This document shows positions 33,601 to 43,781 of a stretch of 64,000 nt of DNA, piece by piece. This DNA comes from Rhizaria sp. SCN 62-66. Taxonomy: Eukaryota. The stretch lies in contig MEDY01000025.1 in the NCBI GenBank assembly GCA_001724265.1, forward strand, positions 1 through 64,000. Reading direction: 5' to 3'. Positions within the stretch are counted from its first letter, which is position 1, and each line of letters opens with the position of its first letter. The notes under the pieces are model-generated. The model saw only the letters and a program-made list of their open reading frames with translations. It was not told the DNA's origin and ran no database searches. The position numbers were made by a program, and so were the translations under genes.

Positions 33601-36600
33601 GGCGACGGGCTTCCCCCGCGCGCGCTCGCGGCACTGCGCGTCACCACGGCCTCCGCGGCTGCGCTGCCCGCTGTGGGCGCTATGGCCGGTGTGACCGCCG
33701 GAGCCGCGGTGGCCAGTGCACCTGAGACTGGGAGCGGCTTAGCTTCATCATCCTCTGCTGCGGGAGGCGGCTTGACTTACTTCGCGCCGTGCGGTGTCGA
33801 CGCCGAGCTGCGCGCACTGGCCTCGCTGAGGGGGCTAGCGCGCGACCGGCTACTTAAACTGCCGGGCAATCTAAGTACCTTATCTTCCTCGTCCTCGTCT
33901 TCGTCTTCTTCAGACTCTTCGTCTTCCTCAGACTCTCCGAGCAACAGTGAGAGCATGAGTGATAACAATGATAACGCAAGTACTGCTGCTGCCGCTGCTG
34001 CTACTGCCACTGCTAACGCGGCTACTTACGCGTCCGAGTCCTGGCCCTACTTACACCATGAGAGCTCTCGGTGGGCGGAAAGTCAGGCTGCGGCCCTGCT
34101 GGCAACTGAGGCCGCCGCTGACTCCGCTCTGCTGCCCCAGAAGGAGGAGGCGCAGGATGATGAGGTACTTACCCGGTCTAAGTGTCCCTGGCGCGGGGCC
34201 GGGTTCGCGCGCTTCTGCGTGGGCCACTACCGCGCGGGGCAGCGGCGGGTGTTGCTGGCCACGCTCAACCACGCGCTGCGCAGGGAAGTCGCTGTCACTG
34301 CGCTCAAACAGCAGCAGCAGAAGCAGCAAAAGCAGCAGCAGCAGCAGCAGCTGAAGCAAGAGATTGAGCACACAGAGTTAAGCCGTGTCATGAGTGATGT
34401 GAGTGCTGCGTTCAGCGAGTGGCGCGGATACTTAGACCAGTGTAAGGGCTTCTGCCATCCTCACATCACGCCCGCACTGACGCTCTCGTCGTCTGCGGCG
34501 CCCACGGCCACTGCCACTGGTGTCGTTGCGGTGTTTGACTCTGGCGACGCGGCTGTCGGCGCCCCCTTAGAAGTGCTGTCGATCCCCCCCTCCACTTACA
34601 TCTCCCCCTCAGACCTACTTACACTCGCACCCGCTGCCGCCGCCAAGAGCGCCGGTCCTTCCCCGCCCGGCCTCCTTACCCACGGTGTAAGTACCTGCGC
34701 GGCGCACGTGCTGTCGCGCCTGCTGCTGGAGCCCGCGGCCGCCGGCATGCTTGATAGCTCGGTCGTGGCCGCTCTGTGGCTGCTGCTCCTCGCGGCTAAG
34801 GGGGTACTTATAGGCGAGTCTAAGGGGGATACGGCTACGGGGGCAGAGGAGGCGTTGTGGCTGGCGACTCTCAGGGCCGACCCTGCCGCTGCGACACTGA
34901 CACAGGCACTCAAGCAAGCTCTCAGTCCTAGTAACGGTGGCGGCAGGAGTCGTTGCAACGCAGCTTCGGTTGTGCCGAACCACCCCTTAGTCTCTCTGGG
35001 GGTCAGCGCGGAGGCGGGTCTAAGTACCCCATTAGACGCGCTGGTTAGCGCCCTATTCAGCCTGCCTGCGCCGCCATCGACCGCGACGACGCTGCCCCTG
35101 CCGTTGCCGACCAAGGTGCTGGTGAAGGTGAACGCGAAGGGTTCGCAGCAACAGCAGCAGGCCGACATGGCTGATGCCGATGATAACGACGATGTCGATG
35201 ACGATACGATTGACGCCAGTGCTGTGCCCTTAGACGTGCTTGTCAGCGACGTCGGCGGCGTCAGTCAGGCTGAGCTCACGCAGCAGCTGGTCCAGGCCCT
35301 CACTCAGAAGCAAGACCTGAGTGATAACGCCTCGACCGCTGGCACTGATGCTGCTGCCACGAATGTTGTGTCGGTGGCGACATACATGTGCCCTCCTTTC
35401 ACAAAAGCTTTGGCTGCCAAGAACAACGCTGTTGCGCTCAACAGCAGCGTTGTGGCCAAGAGCGTCGTCACCTCCCCGGCCCTTACTCGGTCTAAGTACC
35501 TCTCAGAGTTCCTCACCGAGGCCTGGTCGCTGCTCGCTCCTACGGTCACTGCCGCTCTCCTTGCCTATAATGACGAGGCGGGGGACGACGAGGACTCGGC
35601 ATCACAGCACCAGCTGTTTCACACCGCGTTCATGGCTGCCGCGGCGCTGGCGGAGAGGCTCACGGTCACCCTCCCTGTCACTGTCGCTCGCGGCGGCTTA
35701 ACTTCGGGCGCGGTGAAGAATGTCAGTGTGTTGGTGCCGTGCCCCTTACACTTGCACCACATCACCAACGACACTTATGCGTATCGCAATGGCAACGCCC
35801 GCAACAGCAACGGCGACGACAGTGTTCTCACGCTGCTGCTTCCGAAGAAGAAAGCTGCTTCGAGCGCTGATGTAAGTACCCTGGACGTGAGTGTATGTGG
35901 CAGCAGCGTCAGGACCGGCCCTTCCTTGTCCGTCTGCGCAACTGAGCACTCCGCAAGCGGCTTATCTTTGGTCTCAGGCGGCCTTGCTTCGGGCACTGTG
36001 GCTCCAGCCTTTGCCATGACCCTCCTTGTCGCCCCCTCGATGAATAACAGCAGCGGTGGCACAAGTACTGCCTCTGATAGTGTTGTCGTTCTGAGTGCCA
36101 CATTAGAGACCGGCGGCTTAACTTCGGCGCACGGCAGCTTAGCTGCACGCATCCAGCAACATCAACAACAGCAGCAACAGCAGCAGAGCACTGGATCTTC
36201 GTCGCCCGCTACGGTCGAGGGCGCCCCTCCCCGCGGCCTCAAGACCCTGCAGGCCTCTGCCGCGGTCACTCTCTGGTGGCTCTCTCAGTGCTCCGGCGCG
36301 CAGTCGCAGTCGGCGCGGAAGCAGCAGAGGTACTTACAGCTCCTCATGAAGTACTTGGACGCAGACTCGCTCAACACCTCTAAGTACATGGAGTACTTAC
36401 AGGCGCTGTCTACGGGGTGCGCGCGCGCAGCGCTGTTGCATGCAGTGACGGCCACAGGCGCCGCCGCGGGAGCAGGGGCCGCTGCAAGGGCCCACCTCGC
36501 CTCCCTGCCTCCGCTGCCTTCGCTTACGCTCCCTCGTAGCAGCGGTTGTCAGAGCAGCACTAGGAACGCCAAGAACACGTCTGTCAAGTACTGTTTCCCT

Positions 36601-37842
36601 GTCAGCATCACCAACCCGCTCTGGTTCAACACCAACAGCACTGCGAACGCTGCCCTCACCGCGACTCACAAGAGCGCAGCCAAGTCGACGAACGGCAGTA
36701 ACGGCGGCGATGACTGCATCGAGATCCCCTCCATTTTCGGGTCTGGAGGGGTCGACGAAGCGTTCCTCCGCCTCGGTCGCACTGCGGGGTGGACTTCGTC
36801 TCGTCTAAGTACCCCCTTAGACGCGATCGCCACGACAAGCAGGCTGGTTTTGACTCCGGCTTACATTGCCGCTGTTCTGTGGGGACTTAAGGACCGTGAG
36901 AGGTACTTAGACGACCTCAAGGGGTACTCAGACTCACACGCAAGTCATGGTAACAGTAACAGCAGCAGTCGTACTGATGCCGATGTTAAGCCGCTGCCTT
37001 CCCTGCTCACGGTCACCCAGCCGTGTCCCTCGGTCGCTGCCCTCGTCAAAAGCTGCTCCCTCTCCGTCGGGCTCGCCGGCTGGACCCACTACAACCTCGG
37101 CAACAGTGGTGACAGCAGTGCCAGTGACATCGGCCGCTACGGCGCTCACGCTGCCGCTGGCGCTGTGAAGAGTGGCGGAGGCGTGGACCTGTCGCACCAG
37201 ATGCTGCTGCCGGCGCCTGCGGCTACGGCGACTAAGGGGCGCTTAGACGGCTCAGGGGACGTGGCGGTGCCGGCAGAGGTGATTTGCGTGTTGCTCACAC
37301 TGCTTAACTATGCCACCGACAAAACGCGCAACGACGACGATGATGACGACGATGATGACGATGACGACAACGACGATGACAGTGGCAGTGGCAGTGACTC
37401 TGAGAGTGCTGTCGTTGTGGGTAATCTCAGCACCTTTGCTGGCGACGGTCTCTCTGATACCGCCAGTATGTCTGCCGCCGTCAGTACCGTGACAAACATT
37501 GTCCGTCCTTTAGGTTTCCCGACAACAGCTGCCGCTGCGACTTCAACAAACCATGACGCTGTCAACAGCAGGACTAATATCAACACCGCCGCCGCGGCGG
37601 TCGTTGCCGCTGCGGCCGCGACCGCCGGCGCCACCGCCTACTGGGCTCCCCTGCTCACGGTCGTTCTCAGGGTACTGAGTGCGCAACACAAACTAAGGGC
37701 CGCCGCGCTCGCTGCGCTCGTCGATGTAAGTAGCACGGTGCACGCGGACAGTCTAAGTACCCTCCAAGCAGGCTCTGCGTGGGCCACGGAGCAGATGCAG
37801 CTTGCGGACGCGTGGGTCAAGGTGCTCAATCGCTACATCTAA
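30634..37842 (+). CDS. SET-domain protein methyltransferase of the Rubisco-LSMT/SETD3/EFM1 class, expanded by insertions (~2400 aa)
   Basis: GRGMVA...VVCSVP...IT; W..Y..WLP..Y..PLWW; FLWAHSAFSSRSFP; MLPFIDLSNH; KGDEVYNNYGPKSNEELLVGYGF. Likely ATG at 30634, stop TAA. Confidence 0.85.
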   Translation: MPGARKQTAGSGHAPAAPTAAAAAPTAPVTAAGAPAATSLAASPAADATALATATATSPAHSAKKSKLANHNNSTAATAASHSSGSSAGASAIAAAKERLAALRKSKAAKPTKSATTSSSLGSGTANTSSNANANSMVATKQQLLDQDQEQEQEQGEHDALVSLSSPSNTHTHTNNYNPSASSVATSSSGINGTAPAAAAAVGVTVIDPSRPPCPSPLPGGLTSDAADARFHDALLLLAGPQVFATATQGYTKLGRGMVAVQEVRPGQVVCSVPAALAITARLALRETREAGTGSESLTYTTNVSKGTSVSLGSVAGAAAHSLWLQALPTLLANSTAANAHNNAAARNNNSGSKNNNSSKSKKRSSSALTSEANNAKTATSAATATTATPAAVVAAGGVADDASVVDSDVLTLFLPGQTAVYAFLMYHRFATRHAPQPPRGLGGLSTSLDGDGLGDATETATASPRAGVSSDYLKSKGVPEWFWTVYAQWLPATYSDPLWWPLDQRERLLNNRSSSSNTTAASSQSQSLSTPLQQHQQQSALGMTVGGRLAALKRLYTLTIAPLAEMGGDCAAACTCKCTHAPAAAAAGDADAACDADAAPAYCVCGCKCDWRLIFGRFDNFLWAHSAFSSRSFPAAMATHAALLNQPLPLPLSLPQPQPLPVSGDVSSSTTSTSVSASASASAAAAAAATAAAADVASLCARYYTGRLLGVMLPFIDLSNHCHHWPVAWHAGPAKHHLDASKYPSDEHSAFDAQARAHLSKYPGDAKYLATLIESDKSKSSDSENASSDVSVAFGPGDGVSTTAYQYPLQFMPSSPTTPLQSDATALLTPTALTSSSSSRVSGNGAPLDWAVGYRSLTPYSKGDEVYNNYGPKSNEELLVGYGFVVPKNVDDNVAVKVRVSDVTVEGVEGLKRAIPKTNTSASAASAASAASPASTASASALSQNESESKSESLSAENDDTCADANYALIDVDVSALSTQIDDVLFLRGDGLPPRALAALRVTTASAAALPAVGAMAGVTAGAAVASAPETGSGLASSSSAAGGGLTYFAPCGVDAELRALASLRGLARDRLLKLPGNLSTLSSSSSSSSSSDSSSSSDSPSNSESMSDNNDNASTAAAAAATATANAATYASESWPYLHHESSRWAESQAAALLATEAAADSALLPQKEEAQDDEVLTRSKCPWRGAGFARFCVGHYRAGQRRVLLATLNHALRREVAVTALKQQQQKQQKQQQQQQLKQEIEHTELSRVMSDVSAAFSEWRGYLDQCKGFCHPHITPALTLSSSAAPTATATGVVAVFDSGDAAVGAPLEVLSIPPSTYISPSDLLTLAPAAAAKSAGPSPPGLLTHGVSTCAAHVLSRLLLEPAAAGMLDSSVVAALWLLLLAAKGVLIGESKGDTATGAEEALWLATLRADPAAATLTQALKQALSPSNGGGRSRCNAASVVPNHPLVSLGVSAEAGLSTPLDALVSALFSLPAPPSTATTLPLPLPTKVLVKVNAKGSQQQQQADMADADDNDDVDDDTIDASAVPLDVLVSDVGGVSQAELTQQLVQALTQKQDLSDNASTAGTDAAATNVVSVATYMCPPFTKALAAKNNAVALNSSVVAKSVVTSPALTRSKYLSEFLTEAWSLLAPTVTAALLAYNDEAGDDEDSASQHQLFHTAFMAAAALAERLTVTLPVTVARGGLTSGAVKNVSVLVPCPLHLHHITNDTYAYRNGNARNSNGDDSVLTLLLPKKKAASSADVSTLDVSVCGSSVRTGPSLSVCATEHSASGLSLVSGGLASGTVAPAFAMTLLVAPSMNNSSGGTSTASDSVVVLSATLETGGLTSAHGSLAARIQQHQQQQQQQQSTGSSSPATVEGAPPRGLKTLQASAAVTLWWLSQCSGAQSQSARKQQRYLQLLMKYLDADSLNTSKYMEYLQALSTGCARAALLHAVTATGAAAGAGAAARAHLASLPPLPSLTLPRSSGCQSSTRNAKNTSVKYCFPVSITNPLWFNTNSTANAALTATHKSAAKSTNGSNGGDDCIEIPSIFGSGGVDEAFLRLGRTAGWTSSRLSTPLDAIATTSRLVLTPAYIAAVLWGLKDRERYLDDLKGYSDSHASHGNSNSSSRTDADVKPLPSLLTVTQPCPSVAALVKSCSLSVGLAGWTHYNLGNSGDSSASDIGRYGAHAAAGAVKSGGGVDLSHQMLLPAPAATATKGRLDGSGDVAVPAEVICVLLTLLNYATDKTRNDDDDDDDDDDDDNDDDSGSGSDSESAVVVGNLSTFAGDGLSDTASMSAAVSTVTNIVRPLGFPTTAAAATSTNHDAVNSRTNINTAAAAVVAAAAATAGATAYWAPLLTVVLRVLSAQHKLRAAALAALVDVSSTVHADSLSTLQAGSAWATEQMQLADAWVKVLNRYI

Positions 37843-38463
37843 GGGCTTTTTTGGCGTGACGCAGTTCCCATTTAAACATTGACAGCATCAACCTCTTGAA
37901 GGGTTTTTCTTTATTTCAATTGTACATCTAGTATTTAGAATTCATGTGTAATTTTACACATGTGAATGAATAAATGATATTTATTGGTTCGCTCACGCTG
38001 TTACGTATTGCCATCCAGAAGCTATTTTTTGTCGGTCACAACTTTGTCGCAACTCGTTGTGTTTGATACTTGAGTCCGTACTAAAATGAATGCATAATGA
38101 CGACCTTTCGAGTTCATAGATATGTTTCCGTTCAGCGTGTCGCCGTCGTCTTCTGTGTCAAGGTGGACGAATGGTCTTCAATATGACAGAGCTTTATTAT
38201 CACGTAAATGCACAAGTACATCGCAGTCGGAGCGCTTATTACGTATACATGTACTGTACATGTATGTACAGTGTACTATTGTAACTCGCCTCTTAGCTAT
38301 TGCTCCAATGTGAACAAAAGCAAAGTCAGGCTTAGAGTGGAAAAACTAAAGTAACGATTAAGATATTCTGAATACCAACAAAGACACAAGCGCCAAACTT
38401 AAGAAACATTGCTCCCAGATTAATGAACTAATCAAAGATGCCACTCAGACGGCAAGCAAGCAC

Positions 38464-41400
38464 TCAAAAGGCCGTTTTAAACCCGAGCCGCGCCTGTGCC
38501 GCTGCTTTCTCGTCCCTCGTCGGCGCCACCGCCGTAGCCACAGAGGGCGGCATTAGGTGATGCGGCGTTGAATGCGTTGCCGCTTTCTGCGCAGTTTTTC
38601 GGTCCTCCCGCTCGCGGGCCCGGTCGAGCCACTCTGGGGGCGCTACTTCGGTCACGGTAACCTGGAAAGGCACGTCAAACGCTTCGTCCCAGTCGCCCCC
38701 GTCTGAGGGGGTACTGAGCTCGCCGTTGTCTAAGGGGGTACTGAGCCCCGTGCCGGCGAGCACTTCGCGCCACTGCCGCCGCCACTGCTTGCGGGCTGCG
38801 GCCGTGACAGCAGTGGCGGCCCAAAGCGGGTCCTCGAGGAGCGCGCCCTGCCACTCGCGGCGCCACCCGTCATCGCTGTCGTCGTGGTGGTCGCGGTGGC
38901 TGCTGCGGCTGCTCTGGGGCAGCGTAATGGCGAACGAGAGAACGAGGGAGAGCTCGGAGGCGGAGGCGGGAGCGGCACTTACACGCCCGTCTAAGGGGCT
39001 GCGCTTAGACGCGGGTAAGTAGACGGACTTCTCCCAGACCGGCTGAAGGCTGAGTAGGTCGCGGCCCTTCGACTCCGCGCTCACGCTGCCCGTGCCCACC
39101 AACACGGGGTACTGAGCCGCCTCGTCGAAGCGTCTGCCGGCCAACGTGGCGGCCGCAGTTGTCGTCGCGGTTGCGGTCGTCGTCGTCGTGATCTGGTTGT
39201 AGAACGAGTTGAAGCTGCTCACGTCGCTGCCGTGAACGCTGCTGCTGACGTTGTTGATGCTGAACGTGGTGGTGTTGACGACGCCGATAGAGCAATGACA
39301 CGGCAGCTGCTTGATGTGTGAACTCGCAGAGCTCGGCAAAGTGACTGTGAGGAGGCGAGTGCCGTCGCAGGTACTTACATTTTCCTCCTCCGCAGAGGAT
39401 GAGGTACTTCCACCACGACCAAAGCCAGTGTTGTGGCTGCTCTTGGGCAAGGTCGTTGTAGTCACCCCCTTAGACTGTGTAAGTACCCCGACAGCAACGC
39501 TCTCCAGCCAGCGCAACACAACTTGCTTCACAAACGTGTCGTTTTCACTGTCACGGTCACTTTCGCTGTCCTCAGCATCAGCATCAGCGTCAGCATCAGC
39601 ATCATCAACACGGGCACTCGCAAAGGACTTGTTCATTGATGCGTTAATCGTGCTAGTGTTTGCTTTGCTGTTGTTGCGATTCTTATGACCAGCTTTGTGA
39701 GGCTTTGTTGCGAGCTGGATGACTGAGCGCAAAGCATTCACATCGATGACAAAACGTAGGTAGCGGTGCACTTTAGTCAAGCCGCGCACGCTGTGAGTAT
39801 AGATCGCCGGGGGCTGACTGAACAACAAAGCACTCGAATGAGATTTAGCAGGAGCAGGAGCAAGAGTACTCAGAACAGACGTGGCTGTACTTACATTCGC
39901 CTGAGCAACACGAACAAAGCTCTGCTGCTGTAAATGCTGCTGTAAATGCTGCTGTTGCTGCTGCTGTTGCTGTTGCTGCGGCGTCGCTTTGGGCGTCGGC
40001 AGCGGCGGCAGCAGCGGTGATTGTGCTTGCAAGAACAACTGATGGGACTGAGACTGAGACTGAGACTGAGACTGAGACTGCGACAGAGACTGTGTGATGT
40101 TGAAGACCTTATCGTCTAAGGGGGTATTGACACTGACGGCGTCATAGTACTTGTCCCCTGCATCGTCAGTCTCGCTTGCAGCGACACTTGCGTCGCCCCC
40201 ACTGACAATGTCGCTGTCAGGAGTACTTATATGAGCGGGAGTGCTCGCATTGGAGGTACTTACCTCAGCCACAGTCCCGCGAACCGCAGCCGCAAGTTCG
40301 TTCTGCTGATGCTGCTGCTGTCGCAACAAAAACTCTTGCTCCTGCAGCTTCAACTGCTGTTGCTGCAGTAACAGCTGCTGTTGCAACTGCTGCAGCTGCG
40401 CCTGTCGCTGTTGCTGCTCCTGCTCCTGCTCCAACTTCTGCTGCTGTAGCTGCTGCTGCTGTTGCTGCAACAATATCTGCTGCTGCTCCTGCTCCTGCTG
40501 CTGTTGCTGCAGCAGTTGCATTTGCTGCTTCCGCTCCTGCTCCTCTTGCAGCTGTTGCAGCTGTTGTTGTTGTTTTTGTTGCTGCTGCTGCTGTTGCTGC
40601 TGCTTTATCAAAGCAAACTGACGTTGCCGCTCCTGCTCCTGCTCCTGCTCCTGCTCTTGTTGTAGCTTCTTTTGACGCAAGAGCAGTTCCTGTTGCTGCT
40701 GCTGCTGTTGCTGTTGCTGCTGCTGTTGCAGTTGCTCTAGTTGTAAGCGACTGTGCCCGCGAGCCTCCTCAGCAGCGTCAGCCGCAATCGAGTGACTGTG
40801 AGCCGAACTGACCCTGTGAGCGTCCACATGACCGTGAGCTGCAGACTCATTGTTAGTCCTCGTGTTTTTCGCGCTTATCCGATCGACGCCACTGCCACCG
40901 TCACCGCCACCGCCGCTGCCGCTGCTGCTGCCGCTGCTGCTGTCCCCGCCGCCGCTGCTATGGTCACCACGGTAGACGACAGGCGCCAGCAAATGCGTCA
41001 TATCAGGGATGTAGCCGTCATACAGCGCAACTTCCCCGCCGCCGCCGCCACCGCTGACACTAGGGCCGAGACCAGTAGCGTCGCTGTCGAACGCGCCTGC
41101 GCTGGTAGCATTGTGACTTCTCACAGCACCCTTGGCGGCCGCAGCTGCAGCAGCCGCTGCCGCAGAGCTCGAGCTCAAGCGCGAGCTGCTGACAGCGGCG
41201 CCTGCAACGCCGCCCTCGCTTGCGGGGATAATCCTGTTGGCGCCGGCGCCGGCGCCGGCGTTGGCGGCACTGGAAGCGCTTTGCAGCAGCCCCCCACCAG
41301 CGCGCTGCAGGAGCCGGTAAATCTCGGGGTCGTGGCGCCACGGCTCCTCCAAAGTCAACCCGCCACCGGCACCCGCACCCTCGGCGCCAGAGCCCTTGTA

Positions 41401-42203
41401 GCCGCTGTTACTCGTGCCTGCGCTGGCGCTAGCAGCGTTTGCAGCGACGCTCTTGTTTGCAATCGTCCTCGAAGCCGGGACCGCGTTTGCGCCGTGTTGC
41501 TGCTGGGTACTTAGACTGCTCTTACTTAGACTACCTGCGGCGGCGCCACTCAGATGGATCGCGGGGCTAAGGGGCGCCGAAAAGAGCAGCGGCGCCTGAG
41601 GGTTCACCACTCCGGTCACTACGGCCCCGTCGAAGGGGGCGCCGACCCGGGCAGCCGCCGCGGCTAAGGGGTTTGCGGAAGAGGCACTTAGACCGAGGCC
41701 GCCCTGCTTCTGCGGCAGCGGGGGCGCGGGCGCAGGGAAGAAACGGACGCGGGTCGCCAGGTTGAGGGCGGCCCGAAACGGCGAGGGCGCACTTACATTC
41801 GCACTTACATTGCTCGGGGCACTGACACTCGCGGCAGGTGAGGGGGCACTGGCATTATGCTGTGAAGGAGAAATAATAGCACTATTCAGAACGGCAACGT
41901 TGTTATTGTTAAGGTTAGACCGCACTTCAAGTTGTTGCTGTTGCTGATGCTGTTGCTGAGTGTCTTCGAAGTTAAGCCGCGTTGGCTTGGGAGGCGCATT
42001 GATAAAATGGGCCGCCTCAGCCTCTGCCGCCGCCGCCGCCGCCGCCACAGCATCAGCCTTTGCACTTGCGCTTACTTGAGCCAACATCAAAGCCTGTTGC
42101 TGCCGCTGCTGTTGTTGCTGCTGCTGAAGCTGTAACTGAAGCTGCTGCAACTGCTGCAACTGCTGCTGTTGCTGCTGTTGCTGCTGTTGCTGCAGTTGTT
42201 GTT

Positions 42204-42238
<35 letters not shown>

Positions 42239-43293
42239 TGGTGTTGGTTTGTCGGAGATGTAAAGAACCTCCGCTGCTGCTGCTGTTGCTGCTGCTGTTG
42301 TGAAGTCGGCAGCTGTTGCGTGACAGTCCGTTTGTTATTGTTGTAGTTATTGTTGCCCATGGCAGCAGCTGTCGTCGTTGTTGCGCTAGTGGTTGGCAGA
42401 GGCGAGTAGATGAACGAGTCGGCCGGCGACACGGGTACCACGATTCCCCCCGCCCCCGCCATAGTAGCGGCCGTGTAAGTGCCGGCCGCGTAAGGAGGCA
42501 GCGGGCGGGAGCCCACGGTCGGGGTCGTCATAAACAGCAAGTTACCCCCGTGGCCGCCGCCGTATCCACCGCCGTATCCACCGCCGCTCCCGCCGCTACC
42601 GACGACGCCGTGCACGTTGACGTTAACATCGCGAGCAGCAGTCGCACTCTGACTATAGTGGCTGTAACTCTGAGCCTGGGACTGAGACTGTAGCTGAGCC
42701 GCGGTCAAAGGACCATGCATAGCTTGCATCGCGTTTGCACCCCCGAAGTGTTGCTGCTGCTCTGAAGCGCTGGCACTGCTGCTGCTGCCGCTGCTGCTGT
42801 AATTGTTGCTGTTGCTTGACAGCCTGAGGCTGTTGTCGAGCGCCGACAGCATCGACGTGTGTTGCGTGACGGGCGACAACAGAAATGCAGCCGCCGCCGC
42901 TGGCGAGGCCAAGTCACTGCCACTGCCGCTGGAGAGCAAGCTTGAGTGCGGGCTGCGGGCGCTGCTGCTGGCGCTAGCGCTGGTGCTGGCGTCCGCCGCG
43001 CTGGCGCTGCTCGTGTTAACGTTCACGTGCGTCGAGTTGTTGTTTGTAGTATAGTAGTTGCTGTTATTGTCAATACCGGGGGCGGGGGAGAAGAGCAAGA
43101 ACGAGTCGGGGGTTGCGTGGGGCATCGTAGCGAGCCTGTTGCGGCTGTGCGCGACTGTGTAGAGACGGCTGCTGTCGGCAATCATGCTGGTGTCGTCAGC
43201 GTTGTGGCCGGCCCCCGGTGTGCCGGCGTAGTAGCGCCCGTAGGGGAGGCCGGGCGGCGGGGAGCGGGCCCCGGCGGGAGGCGAGAAGGACAT
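38464..43293 (-). CDS. Hypothetical Gln-rich low-complexity/coiled-coil protein (1609 aa)
   Basis: Long uninterrupted ORF with the same codon and low-complexity style as its neighbours, flanked by AT-rich spacers. No domain recognised. Stop TGA. Confidence 0.75.
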
Positions 43294-43471
43294 CGGTGGA
43301 ACAGAAGCTAGGAACCTCTGCTAGATATAAAAACAAAACAAATACAAAATAAGATAAGTGAAATTATTGCAAATTTTGTCTATAGCTCGGACAACGGACG
43401 TGAATTTGAAATATCGGTCATCTTAGAACACGCTCTCTGGACCTCGCGCTTGCTGGCGAACTGGCTGGGAG

Positions 43472-43507
43472 CCAACGGCTAGCAGCGGCAATCTCCAACG
43501 GCTCTCG
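43472..43507. promoter_or_regulatory. Two MSA-like CCAACGGCT elements in a divergent promoter
   Basis: CCAACGGCT at 43472 and 43495, with TTTGAA (CHR-like) near 43405 and 43595. Confidence 0.4.
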
Positions 43508-43781
43508 AAACGCCAGCCAACAGCGAGGCCGGCGAGCGTGATTTATTCAGAGGTGTTTGCTCGCATAATATACCTACAAAAGCGAGTGTTATTCTTTGAA
43601 TTAGAAGTTATGCTAATAGTTATATTTAGCTGTTTGTGCTAAATTTGCGTAGAAGTTGTCATTTGTACTGAACTATCCCTCGTCGTTTCGCCTCTCGTCT
43701 AACGCTCATTCCACACTTCCGCGACACCCCTTTCCGTTCTTCCGTGCTTTACGAACAGCGCAACGCCACCCCTCGTGCACG

